Assembly: GCA_019313605.1 (NCBI GenBank)
Contig: JAFDAW010000017.1
Coordinates: forward strand, 1-34,790
Direction: 5' to 3'
Source of the DNA: Deltaproteobacteria bacterium
GTDB taxonomy: Bacteria; Myxococcota_A; UBA9160; SMWR01
Length of the DNA: 34,790 bases
Every line of letters starts with the position of its first letter. Within the stretch, counting starts at the first letter, position 1. The notes under the pieces were generated by a model. It made no database searches. It saw nothing but the letters and a program-made list of their open reading frames with translations, and was not told the DNA's origin. Both the position numbers and the translations under genes were made by a program. This document shows, piece by piece, positions 24,995-33,604 of this stretch.

Positions 24995-26124
24995 ATGAAG
25001 CGTTCCGTTTTCGTCTACCTCGCAGGCTTTCTGAGCTGCGTACTCGTGCTTGCACTCGTCGCGGCAACTCATTCTCCGACGAAGGCCGTAACCGATCGGG
25101 ATGTCTACTACCCAGCGAGTGAGGATCTCGCGCCGGACGAGATGCGCATCGTCGCGCTGGGAACGGGGATGCCGAGCGTTCGGCCCAAGCAGGCGGCGGC
25201 TTGCTGGCTGGTGGAGCTGGGCAACGGCGACAAGTTCCTCTTCGACATCGGCAGCGGCTGCCACGAGCGCCTCGCCGCCCAGAAGATCCCCTACGACTAC
25301 CTCGACAAGGTGTTCATCGGCCACCTGCACGTCGATCACATGGGCGACCTGCCCAGCGTGTGGCTCGGCGGCACGGTGATGAACCGCCTCGTCCCCCTCC
25401 GCGTCTGGGGACCGAGCGGCGGGACCCCCGAACTCGGCACCGCACACTCGATGGAACTGATGAAGAAGATGTACGCCTGGGACATCGGCACGCGGTCGGG
25501 GGTCATCGATTTCCGCGGCGGGGCACTCGAAGTCCACGAGTTCCCTTTTGACGGCGTCAACGACGTGATCTTCGACGAGAACGGCGTGGTCATACGGAGC
25601 ATCCCGGCGGTTCACGGTCTGGACGGGGCCGTGAGCTTCGTGCTCGAGTGGAACGGGCTGAAGTTCGTCTACGGCAGCGACACGATCCCGAACAAGTGGT
25701 ACGTCGAGCACGCCAAGGGTGCGGACGTGGCCATCCACGAGTGCTTCCTGCCTCCGACGCTTCTCGTGACGAAGCAGGGGTTCTCTCCCCAGGAGGCTCT
25801 GATGGTGGGAACCCAGGGCCACACGTCTCCGGAGCAGTTCGGCAAGGTGATGTCGCTCGTGAAGCCGCGCCTCGCGATCGGCTACCACTTCTACAACGAT
25901 TTCGATACCGAGCCGGAGGTCCGAAAGCGGGTCCGCAAGACCTACGACGGCCCGCTCGATCTCGCCCTGGACTACATGGTCTGGAACGTCACCAAGGACG
26001 ACATCCGGGTGCGCATGTCCGCTGTGGACGAGGAGATCTGGGATTTCCCGAGGTCACTGGACCGATCTTCGACGAGATCAACGAGAAGTACGGGACCGAC
26101 ATCGAGCCGATCTTCAAGAAGTAG
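24995..26124 (+). CDS. MBL-fold metallo-hydrolase with N-terminal signal/anchor; apparent frameshift near the 3' end
   Basis: AGGAGG 7 nt before the ATG. HLHVDHMGD (HxHxDH) motif. After ...AVDEEIW the plausible C-terminus FPEVTGPIFDEINEKYGTDIEPIFKK* continues in another frame. The uninterrupted frame gives a Ser/Arg-rich tail that reads into the tRNA (stop at 26221). Confidence 0.75.
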
Positions 26125-26155
26125 CCGGCGCTCCGAGGCAACTCGGCCAAAACGA

Positions 26156-26232
26156 TGGTGGGCCCTCCAGGACTCGAACCTGGGACCGTCCGGTTATGAG
26201 CCGGTTGCTCTAACCAACTGAGCTAAGGGCCC
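26156..26232 (-). tRNA. tRNA with CAU anticodon (Met, or Ile2 read via lysidine), CCA encoded
   Basis: The 77-nt reverse complement is GGGCCCTTAGCTCAGTTGGTTAGAGCAACCGGCTCATAACCGGACGGTCCCAGGTTCGAGTCCTGGAGGGCCCACCA. It folds as a cloverleaf: 7-bp acceptor, GCTC/GAGC D-stem, CTCATAA loop, CCAGG/CCTGG T-stem. C4-G69/C5-G68 and the loop context resemble tRNA-Ile2. Confidence 0.9.
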
Positions 26233-26601
26233 TCGCGCATAGCCTAGCAGCAGCTGGGCGAGGCGGATCCTCACCCAATTCGAGAGGATCCAAAAAAGCT
26301 GACGGCATTTTGGCGATGACCGGCGATCGAGGTGGGGCATCCTCGAACAGGTACTGGGGAAAAACTCCCCGCACCGCCTGGCTCAGAATTGAACGCGTCT
26401 CTTTCACTCTTGAACACGCCGCTTCCACTCGAAATGCGGCTCGAGACCAGATAAACTGCTTTCCTGTTTTCGCTGTTGCATCTGCGAAACAAGAACCCGG
26501 GCCTTGTCGCCGGGTCACCAGCGTGCGTCGGTCGGTGAGACTCCGACGGAGAAAGCTCGCACCTGGCGGTTTTGTGACACTGGGGTTTTGGGAGAGCGTC
26601 G

Positions 26602-26961
26602 ATGGACCAGTGGGTTGCCGCAGCGGGATTCGTCGCCGTCGCGATCATTGTGCCCGTGAGCATGCTCGTCGGAGCCAAGCTCCTCGCGGTCACGGCCAAA
26701 TCCAGCTCCAAGCTCAAGACAATGACCTACGAATGCGGTGAGGAGCCAGAAGGAGGCGCCTGGCTTCAGTTCCACCCGCGATACTACCTGGTGGCGCTCA
26801 TCTTCGTGCTCTTCGACATCGAAGCGGTCTTTCTGTTTCCCTGGGCGCTTGCGATCGAAGAACTCGGCGGGCTCGCGATCGTCGATATGTTGATCTTCGT
26901 GCTGGTTCTGCTCTTGGGGTGGGGTTACGCGCTGCGAAAAGGGGCGCTGAAGTGGCAGTAG
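26602..26961 (+). CDS. nuoA: NADH-quinone oxidoreductase subunit A
   Basis: 119 aa. YECGEEP and FDIEAVFLFPWA motifs. GGGAGAG Shine-Dalgarno. Confidence 0.9.
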   Translation: MDQWVAAAGFVAVAIIVPVSMLVGAKLLAVTAKSSSKLKTMTYECGEEPEGGAWLQFHPRYYLVALIFVLFDIEAVFLFPWALAIEELGGLAIVDMLIFVLVLLLGWGYALRKGALKWQ

Positions 26962-27788
26962 ACGAAAGCCAGCGCACCTATGAGCACCCTCTCTACCAGC
27001 ATGTCGAGCGCATGCCCGGTGTTAGTGTCGCGCTGGGCAGCATCGATCAATTGCTCACCTGGGGCTCGGCGAACTCGCTCTGGATCTTTCCGATGGCGAC
27101 GAGTTGCTGCGGCATCGAATTCATGGCGGCCGCCGCGAGTGGCGTGGACCTCGACCGGATGGGTTCGATTCCGCGCGGCACTCCGCGCCAATGCGATGTG
27201 ATGGTCGTCGCGGGCACCATCACGGTCAAGATGGCGCCGCGCGTCAAGAAACTCTGGGAGCAGATGCCGGAACCCAAGTGGTGTGTCGCGATGGGTTCGT
27301 GCGCGATCTCCGGCGATTTCTATCGCGACATCTATTCAGTAATTCCCGGTATCGACACCTTCGTCCCCGTCGACGTCTACGTTCCGGGCTGCCCGCCGAA
27401 CCCCGAAGCACTGATGCACGGTCTCTTGCTGCTGCAGGAAAAGATTCGGATGGTGCGCGAGGGAACACTCACGCGTGAAGAGGTTCGGCCCGAATCGCCT
27501 CCGAACCTGAATCGCCCGGCAATCGGCCGGCTTCAGGATCCCGAACGCGATCCCCTCACCGACGAAGAGCAGACCGACAGTGCCGCAGGTCTGGGTTTTG
27601 GAGACAACTTGAATCTGGCCCAGATTCGCAGGCCGCGGCCCGAACCGGAGCTTCGACCGCAGGTCGATGCGGAGCCCCGACCGCAGGTCGACGCGGAGCC
27701 CCGACCGCAGGTCGACGCGGAGCTTCGACCGCAGGTCGACGCGGAACCTCAGCCGGAAGTCGACGCCGACGAAGAGAGCGCACCGTGA
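26919..27788 (+). CDS. nuoB: NADH-quinone oxidoreductase subunit B with a repeat-containing C-terminal extension of about 95 aa
   Basis: N2-cluster cysteines (ATSCCGIEF, MGSCAISGD, VPGCPPNPE). The start is uncertain: GTG 26919 overlaps nuoA by 43 nt, and GTG near 26951 or ATG near 27010 are alternatives. The tail carries RPQVDAEP repeats. Confidence 0.85.
   Translation: MGLRAAKRGAEVAVDESQRTYEHPLYQHVERMPGVSVALGSIDQLLTWGSANSLWIFPMATSCCGIEFMAAAASGVDLDRMGSIPRGTPRQCDVMVVAGTITVKMAPRVKKLWEQMPEPKWCVAMGSCAISGDFYRDIYSVIPGIDTFVPVDVYVPGCPPNPEALMHGLLLLQEKIRMVREGTLTREEVRPESPPNLNRPAIGRLQDPERDPLTDEEQTDSAAGLGFGDNLNLAQIRRPRPEPELRPQVDAEPRPQVDAEPRPQVDAELRPQVDAEPQPEVDADEESAP
27633..27773 (+). repeat. 24-bp tandem repeat (about 5.5 units) inside the nuoB 3' region
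   Basis: Units CGACCGCAGGTCGA(T/C)GCGGAGCCC at 27654, 27678, 27702 and 27726, a degenerate unit at 27750, and a partial unit before 27654. In frame, encoding (E/L)(P/L)RPQVDA repeats. Confidence 0.9.
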
Positions 27789-28282
27789 CGAGAGACGAAG
27801 CCCAACAGCGGTTCGTCGCGCTGCTGCAAGAGCGGTTCGGCGTCGAAGAGATCCCCGACGACAACTACCCGTTGATCGATGCCAAGCATCACTTCGAACT
27901 CGCCCGCGTGCTCCGGGAAGAATTCGGCTATCGCATCTATTCGTTCGTCGTTGCAAGCCACTACCTCGAAAAAGTAGATGCAAAAAACGACAACGCAGTG
28001 ATCGACATCGAGCACTACGAAGTTGCGACCGGTATTCGCTGTGTCGGTGCGCCCGCGCACCTGGCCAGCTGGCGAGTGCGGGTCGAACTCGATCAAAGCA
28101 TTCCCACGCTCTTCCCGCTGTTTGCGGGTGCCGACTGGCAGGAGCGCGAGCAGTACGACCTCGTGGGTGTTCGCTTCGACGAGCACCCGGACCTGCGCCG
28201 ATTGATGATGCCCGAGGATTGGGAGGGACACCCCCTCCGCAAAGACTACGCGATCGAAACCGCCTGTCCGCCCTGGAGATAG
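27785..28282 (+). CDS. nuoC: NADH-quinone oxidoreductase subunit C
   Basis: 165 aa. LFAGADWQEREQYDLVGVRFDEHPDLRRLMMPEDWEGHPLRKDY. GTGA overlap with nuoB. Confidence 0.9.
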   Translation: MTRDEAQQRFVALLQERFGVEEIPDDNYPLIDAKHHFELARVLREEFGYRIYSFVVASHYLEKVDAKNDNAVIDIEHYEVATGIRCVGAPAHLASWRVRVELDQSIPTLFPLFAGADWQEREQYDLVGVRFDEHPDLRRLMMPEDWEGHPLRKDYAIETACPPWR

Positions 28283-28283
28283 T

Positions 28284-29465
28284 GTGCACAGTGTCACCGG
28301 GGTCGACCCCCATCTCGACATAGAGACCTACGATCCCAGTGCGGATCTGATGGTGCTCAACCTCGGGCCGCAGCACCCATCTACCCACGGTGTGTTTCGC
28401 GTCAAGCTCTACCTCGACGGTGAGATCATCATCAAGGCCGTTCCCTACGCGGGATATTTGCATCGCGGCGTCGAAAAACTGTGTGAAGAACTGACCTTCG
28501 TGCAGATCATCCCGATCGTCGACAAGAACGACTACGTCTCGCCGATGATGAACGAGCAGGCCATTGCGATGGCGTGCGAGGCGATGCTGGGGATCGAAGT
28601 GCCGCCCCGCGCGCTCTACCTGCGCACCATTTTCGCCGAGTTGCAGCGACTCGCCTCGCATCTGCTCTGGCTCGGCACTTTCGGCATGGACCTGGGCGGC
28701 GCGCTCGGCGGGGGCGCGACGCTATTCATGTACTGCTTCCGCGAGCGCGAGACCATCCTCGGCTTGTTCGAGGAAGTCACCGGCTGCCGTTTCCACTACA
28801 ACACGCACGCGGTCGGTGGCAATCGGCACGACATCACGCCCAAATTCAGCTGCGATACGAAAACGACGCTCGAAGTGATCGAAAAGCGCCTCGAGGAGTA
28901 CGTCCAGATCTTCAGCTCGAATCGGATCTACCGCGCCCGCACCCAGGGGATCGGCGTGCTCGACGGAGATCTCGCAAATTCTCTGGGGATCACGGGCCCG
29001 CTGGCGCGGGCCAGCGGCGTGGATCACGACCTGCGGCGTGACGCCCCGTACCACATCTACGGCGAACTCGACGTGAAGGTCTTTACCGAAAGCGCAGGTG
29101 ACTGTTTTGCGCGAACGCTGGTGCGCTTGAACGAAATGTACGAAAGCATCCGGATCGTTCGAGAAATCATCGATTCCGTTCCCGAAGGACCCATCCTCGG
29201 CATGAAGCCCGGCAAGTCACCGGGCCACATCAAGATCGACGCGAGTCAGGGTTACTCGTGCATCGAGTCGCCTCGGGGCGAACTCGGTACCTATATCATT
29301 GGCGGTGGGAAAAGCCGCGGCGCGAGCGCCTACCGGCTCAAGATCCGATCTCCCAGTCTCCACGCCGCATCCTGCATCCCCTATCTGTTTCCAGGGCACA
29401 CGGTGAGTGACGCCGTCGCGATTCTCGGAACACTCGATCCGATCATGGGCGAGGTGGATCGATGA
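28284..29465 (+). CDS. nuoD: NADH-quinone oxidoreductase subunit D
   Basis: 393 aa. LNLGPQHPSTHGVFR, HRGVEKL, ESPRGELG, DPIMGEVDR. Confidence 0.95.
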   Translation: MHSVTGVDPHLDIETYDPSADLMVLNLGPQHPSTHGVFRVKLYLDGEIIIKAVPYAGYLHRGVEKLCEELTFVQIIPIVDKNDYVSPMMNEQAIAMACEAMLGIEVPPRALYLRTIFAELQRLASHLLWLGTFGMDLGGALGGGATLFMYCFRERETILGLFEEVTGCRFHYNTHAVGGNRHDITPKFSCDTKTTLEVIEKRLEEYVQIFSSNRIYRARTQGIGVLDGDLANSLGITGPLARASGVDHDLRRDAPYHIYGELDVKVFTESAGDCFARTLVRLNEMYESIRIVREIIDSVPEGPILGMKPGKSPGHIKIDASQGYSCIESPRGELGTYIIGGGKSRGASAYRLKIRSPSLHAASCIPYLFPGHTVSDAVAILGTLDPIMGEVDR

Positions 29466-30439
29466 CGCCGCTGATGCACGGTTTCGTCTGGGGTCTCGTC
29501 ATCGCCACCGTCTTGGTGACGATTGCGGTGCTTTCGATCTGGTTCGAGCGCAAATTCTCCGCCCGAATGCAAAGCCGCCTCGGTCCGACACTCGTGGGCC
29601 CCGCCGGCATCCTGCAGCTCGTAGCAGACGCCTTGAAGATGATGCAGAAGGAAGACCTCATCCCAGAGAAGGCGGACTCGATCCTCTTTCGCCTGGCGCC
29701 TCCCTTCACGGTGCTCTTCACCCTCAGCGTTGCGGCGGTGATTCCCTTCAGTGAAAACGTGCTGGCCGCCGACCTCGACATCGGCGTGCTCTTCATGCTG
29801 GCCGTCGGAGGGCTCGTCGTATTCCCGGTCTGGATCGCAGGCTGGTCGAGCAACAACAAATACGCCCTGCTAGGCGCGATGCGCGCTGTCGCGCAGGGCA
29901 TCGCGTACGAGATCCCACTCGTGTTGTCGGCAATGGTTCCGGTGGTTCTCGCACAGTCGATGCGCTTCAGCGACATCATCTCGGTTCAGGCGGAGACCCA
30001 TTGGTTCGTGATCTGGCCGCTGGGGCCGGGCCTGATCGCCTTTGTGATCTTCTTCATCTGCTCGCTCGCCGAGGCCAACCGCATTCCCTTCGATATCCCC
30101 GAAGCCGAGAGCGAACTGGTCGCAGGTGTGACCACCGAATACGCGGGCATGCGTTTTGGGCTGCTGCAGATGGCCGAATACCTGCACACGCTGATCGCAT
30201 CCGCGGTGGCCGCCGCCATCTTCTTCGGCGGCTGGGACGGCCCCTTTGCTCCGGGCCTGCACTGGATGGTGCTCAAGACGCTCGCGCTGTTCTTCACGAT
30301 CTTCTGGATCCGCTGGTCGCTGGTGCGCTTTCGCTCCGACCAGCTGATGGCGCTGTGCTGGAAATACCTGCTTCCGCTCAGCCTGCTGCTGGTCATGGTC
30401 GCTGCGCTCTTCGTCCATTACTGCGGGGTGGGCGCTTGA
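29462..30439 (+). CDS. nuoH: NADH-quinone oxidoreductase subunit H
   Basis: 325 aa. ERKFSARMQSRLGP, NNKYALLGAMRAVAQ, PFDIPEAESELVAG. ATGA overlap with nuoD, so there is no room for nuoEFG. Confidence 0.95.
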   Translation: MTPLMHGFVWGLVIATVLVTIAVLSIWFERKFSARMQSRLGPTLVGPAGILQLVADALKMMQKEDLIPEKADSILFRLAPPFTVLFTLSVAAVIPFSENVLAADLDIGVLFMLAVGGLVVFPVWIAGWSSNNKYALLGAMRAVAQGIAYEIPLVLSAMVPVVLAQSMRFSDIISVQAETHWFVIWPLGPGLIAFVIFFICSLAEANRIPFDIPEAESELVAGVTTEYAGMRFGLLQMAEYLHTLIASAVAAAIFFGGWDGPFAPGLHWMVLKTLALFFTIFWIRWSLVRFRSDQLMALCWKYLLPLSLLLVMVAALFVHYCGVGA

Positions 30440-30996
30440 TGGGTTACTTGATCGACACCGCGCGCGCGATGGCCGTGACCATGCGAAACGTTTTTCGCCC
30501 ACCGACCACGGTCCAGTACCCGGCGGAAGACCGCGTGCGCCCCGAACGCTATCGGACCAGTTTTGCGTTGGTCCACGACGAGGGCGGTGACGAGGCCTGC
30601 ATCGCGTGTCTGGCGTGCGAGCGCATCTGCCCGTCTCGCATCATCACCGTGAAGCCCGCGGGCAAACGCGAGTCGCCCGTCACCGGCAAGAAGCGCAACT
30701 ACCTCGAAAATCTCACGCTCGACCTGAACGCCTGCATTTTTTGTGAACTCTGCGTCCAGGTTTGCCCCACGGATGCACTGATCATGTTGCGCGAACTCGC
30801 CAAGCCAGCGTTCAGCCGCGAGGACCTCTTCCTATCGATGGAGCGCCTCTACGAAAATGAAAAGCTCGCGCATAGCTGGGGCACGGGCTCGCGGCTGATG
30901 GCGATGCAAAACCCAAAGCGCGGCTTGCCCGCCCCCGAGCCGAAGGCAGCAACTCCACCCCAGGGCGCCGATCCAGTCCCGGAAGGCTCCTCATGA
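30439..30996 (+). CDS. nuoI: NADH-quinone oxidoreductase subunit I (2x[4Fe-4S])
   Basis: CIACLACERICP and CIFCELCVQVCP. The ATG overlaps the nuoH stop. The ORF-track frame upstream of 30439 is overlap noise. Confidence 0.9.
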   Translation: MGYLIDTARAMAVTMRNVFRPPTTVQYPAEDRVRPERYRTSFALVHDEGGDEACIACLACERICPSRIITVKPAGKRESPVTGKKRNYLENLTLDLNACIFCELCVQVCPTDALIMLRELAKPAFSREDLFLSMERLYENEKLAHSWGTGSRLMAMQNPKRGLPAPEPKAATPPQGADPVPEGSS

Positions 30997-31526
30997 CCGA
31001 GTCATTGATTTTTTTCGCGCTCGCCGCCTTTATCTTGCTGGGCGCGGTGAGGGTTGTCGCGTCTCGCGATCTGGTGCACGCCGTGCTCTGGCTCGCGGTC
31101 GTGCTGGTGCTCACCGCGGTCATGTTCCTGATGCTGGGTGCTCCGTTTCTCGCCGGTGTCCAGCTTCTGCTCTACACGGGCGGCGTGATCACGCTGATGC
31201 TCTTCGGCGTGATGCTGACCCGCCGTCACCACGAGATTGGCGTCGAAGTCGATAGCTCGCGGCGACTGCCTGGCGCGCTGGGTGCGCTGGCTCTTTTCGG
31301 CGCGATGGCGTGCGCGATCTTCCGCACCGATCTTCCCGCCTGGCCGTCGTCTGCGCCGGTTTCCGCGCTCGAGATCGGCCGCGCGTTCTTGACCGATCAC
31401 CTCATCGCCTTCGAGGTGCTGTCCATCTTGCTACTCGCAGCGATGATCGGTGCAATCGTGCTCGGCAGGCAGAGCGACTTCGGCGACGAACCCGAGACTG
31501 TGTATCGAAAGGGTGGCCGCCCGTGA
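30993..31526 (+). CDS. nuoJ: NADH-quinone oxidoreductase subunit J
   Basis: 177 aa, hydrophobic. LGAPFLAGVQLLLYTGGVITLMLFGVML. ATGA overlap with nuoI. Confidence 0.85.
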   Translation: MTESLIFFALAAFILLGAVRVVASRDLVHAVLWLAVVLVLTAVMFLMLGAPFLAGVQLLLYTGGVITLMLFGVMLTRRHHEIGVEVDSSRRLPGALGALALFGAMACAIFRTDLPAWPSSAPVSALEIGRAFLTDHLIAFEVLSILLLAAMIGAIVLGRQSDFGDEPETVYRKGGRP

Positions 31527-31528
31527 CG

Positions 31529-31822
31529 ATGCAAACTCTCTTGTTGCTGACCAGCGCCCTGTTCTGCATGGGGATCTATGGAGTCCTCACGCGGCGCAAC
31601 GCGATCGCATTGCTGCTCTCCGTCGAACTGATGATCAATGCCGTGACGATCAACCTGGTTGCGTTCTCCCGATTTGGGGACGGAGTGACCGGGCAGGTCT
31701 TCGCGGTATTCACGATCGCCCTCACCGTGGCGGAAGTCGTCGTGGGGCTGGCGATCGTCATTCTGCTCTTCCGCTGGCGTCGCGAAATCGCAATCGATTC
31801 CGCGAACGAACTCAGGCACTGA
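31529..31822 (+). CDS. nuoK: NADH-quinone oxidoreductase subunit K
   Basis: 97 aa. LLSVELMINAV...ALTVAEVVVGLAIV. GTG 31523 (GTGA overlap with nuoJ) is an alternative start. Confidence 0.9.
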   Translation: MQTLLLLTSALFCMGIYGVLTRRNAIALLLSVELMINAVTINLVAFSRFGDGVTGQVFAVFTIALTVAEVVVGLAIVILLFRWRREIAIDSANELRH

Positions 31823-31829
31823 CGTTATT

Positions 31830-33604
31830 GTGATGACACCCCTCGACTACGCGTTGATCGCACTTTTCGTTCCGCTCGCTGCGGCGTTCATCATTGCTGT
31901 GGTGGCACCGCTGCGGCATGCGGGCATGCCCGCCGCCGTGCTTTCGGTCGCGGCAGCGCTGATCTCGCTGGGCGCATCACTCGCGCTGTTGGTGGAACAA
32001 CTCGCCCAGCCCGATCGGGTCATTCACGAAGTCGTGCGCTGGCTGCCGAACGGTGCGGATACACTCGCTCAGGTCGGCATCCATCTCGATGGCACTTCGG
32101 TTTCGATGTCCGTGGTCGTGACGCTCGTCGCGACCTGCGTTCAGATCTTCTCTCTCGGCTACATGGCCGACGAGCCGCCCGCCGCCCGGGGGCGCTACTT
32201 CGGCTACCACTCGTTTTTCATCTTCACCATGCTGCTGTTGGTTGTCGCTCCCAATCTGCTTCAGCTCTTCGCAGGCTGGGAACTGGTCGGCCTGACGAGC
32301 TACCTGCTGATCGGTTTCTATTTTCAAAAGCCCAGCGCCGCCAAGGCCTCGGTCAAGGCGATCTGGGTCACCAAGTTCGCCGACATCGGCCTGCTGGGAC
32401 CGCGACCCTGTCAGAAGGCTGGGCGACGGTCATCACGCTGCTGCTGTTTCTCGCCGTCGTCGGGAAATCGGCCCAGTTCCCACTCCACATCTGGCTCCCC
32501 AACGCCATGGAGGGTCCGACACCGGTTTCGGCATTGCTGCATGCAGCCACCATGGTGGCCGCGGGCGTTTATCTCGTGGTACGGGCCGACCCGCTCTTCG
32601 AGCAAGCCCCGACCACACAGATGGTGATGGCCTGGCTCGGCGGCTTCACGGCGCTCTTCGCTGCGGTCCTCGCGACCGTTCAAACCGACATCAAGCGCGT
32701 GCTCGCGTATTCGACCTGCTCGCAGCTCGGCTACATGGTCTGCGCACTCGGCGCCGGCGCGTCGATGGCGGGTTACTTTCACCTGACTACCCACGCCTTC
32801 TTCAAGGCGCTGCTGTTTCTCGCCGCGGGCAGCATGATCCACGCCGTCCACAGCAATGAGTTGTCCGCGATGGGCGGTTTGGGGCGCCGCATGAAGATCA
32901 CCTCGACGGTCTTCATCGTCGGAGCGCTCGCACTCGCGGGAATCCCGGGGCTCGCGGGATTCTTCAGCAAAGACCTCATCCTCGAAGCCGTCCACGAAGC
33001 GGGCCTGTTCGGGCCGTGGGCGATGTTGATCGCCGCGGCCTTCCTGACCGCATTCTATATGGGGCGCGTGGTCTTCCTCGCGATCTTCGGCACCGCCTCG
33101 GAGTCGTCCGAGCACGCCCACGAGAGCGGCTTCAGCATGACGGGGCCGCTCTTGCTGCTGGCCGCCGGTTCGATCGGGATCGGCTACTTCGGCTCCGACT
33201 TCGCGTCACTTGCGGGCGGGTCGTATCACTTCCACGTAGGCATGTCGGGAATGCTAGGCACCGCTTGTGCGCTGGCCGGCTTGTTGCTCTCGTGGTTGAT
33301 CTACGGTTCGCGTCAGCTGAGCCCGCAAGCCTTCAGCTTTCTCGCACCGATCGGAAGGCTCGCCCGCTCGGGCCTGGTCGATCGCTTCTTCGAGTTCGCG
33401 TATCGACGTGGTGCACTCGTCTTCGCCGATGCCGTGGGATTCTTCGATCGCTATGTGGTCGACGGCGTGATGAACTGGATCGGCTGGTCGACCATCATGT
33501 CGGGACGCCGGTTGCGCAAGACCCAGACAGGCAATGTGCGTGACTACGTGTACGCCGTCGTCGCGGGCACCGTCGTCATCGTCTTCTGGGGGCTCTCGAG
33601 GTGA
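31830..33604 (+). pseudogene. nuoL: NADH-quinone oxidoreductase subunit L, reading frame interrupted near 32400
   Basis: The N-terminal part (…WELVGLTSYLLIGFYF…KFADIGLLG) is in frame 0. The rest (…WATVITLLLFLAVVGKSAQFPLHIWLPNAMEGPTPVSALLHAATMVAAGVYL… to the stop at 33604) is in frame 2. The segment between the two conserved blocks is much shorter than in E. coli or Thermus NuoL. Confidence 0.85.

Noticed and set aside
26265-26297. Hairpin GGATCCTC...GAGGATCC followed by A6, as a terminator upstream of nuoA
   Set aside because: On the plus strand the stem is followed by A residues, not T. On the minus strand the T-run precedes the stem. Neither orientation gives a functional intrinsic terminator geometry.
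27633-27773. The 24-bp tandem repeats as a non-coding minisatellite or CRISPR-like array
   Set aside because: The units are contiguous with no spacers and exactly in frame with nuoB. They encode a coherent RPQVDAEP peptide repeat that continues to the nuoB stop overlapping nuoC.
27336-28661. 441-aa minus-strand ORF across nuoB/nuoC/nuoD
   Set aside because: Antisense to three canonical complex I genes. Arg-rich nonsense translation.
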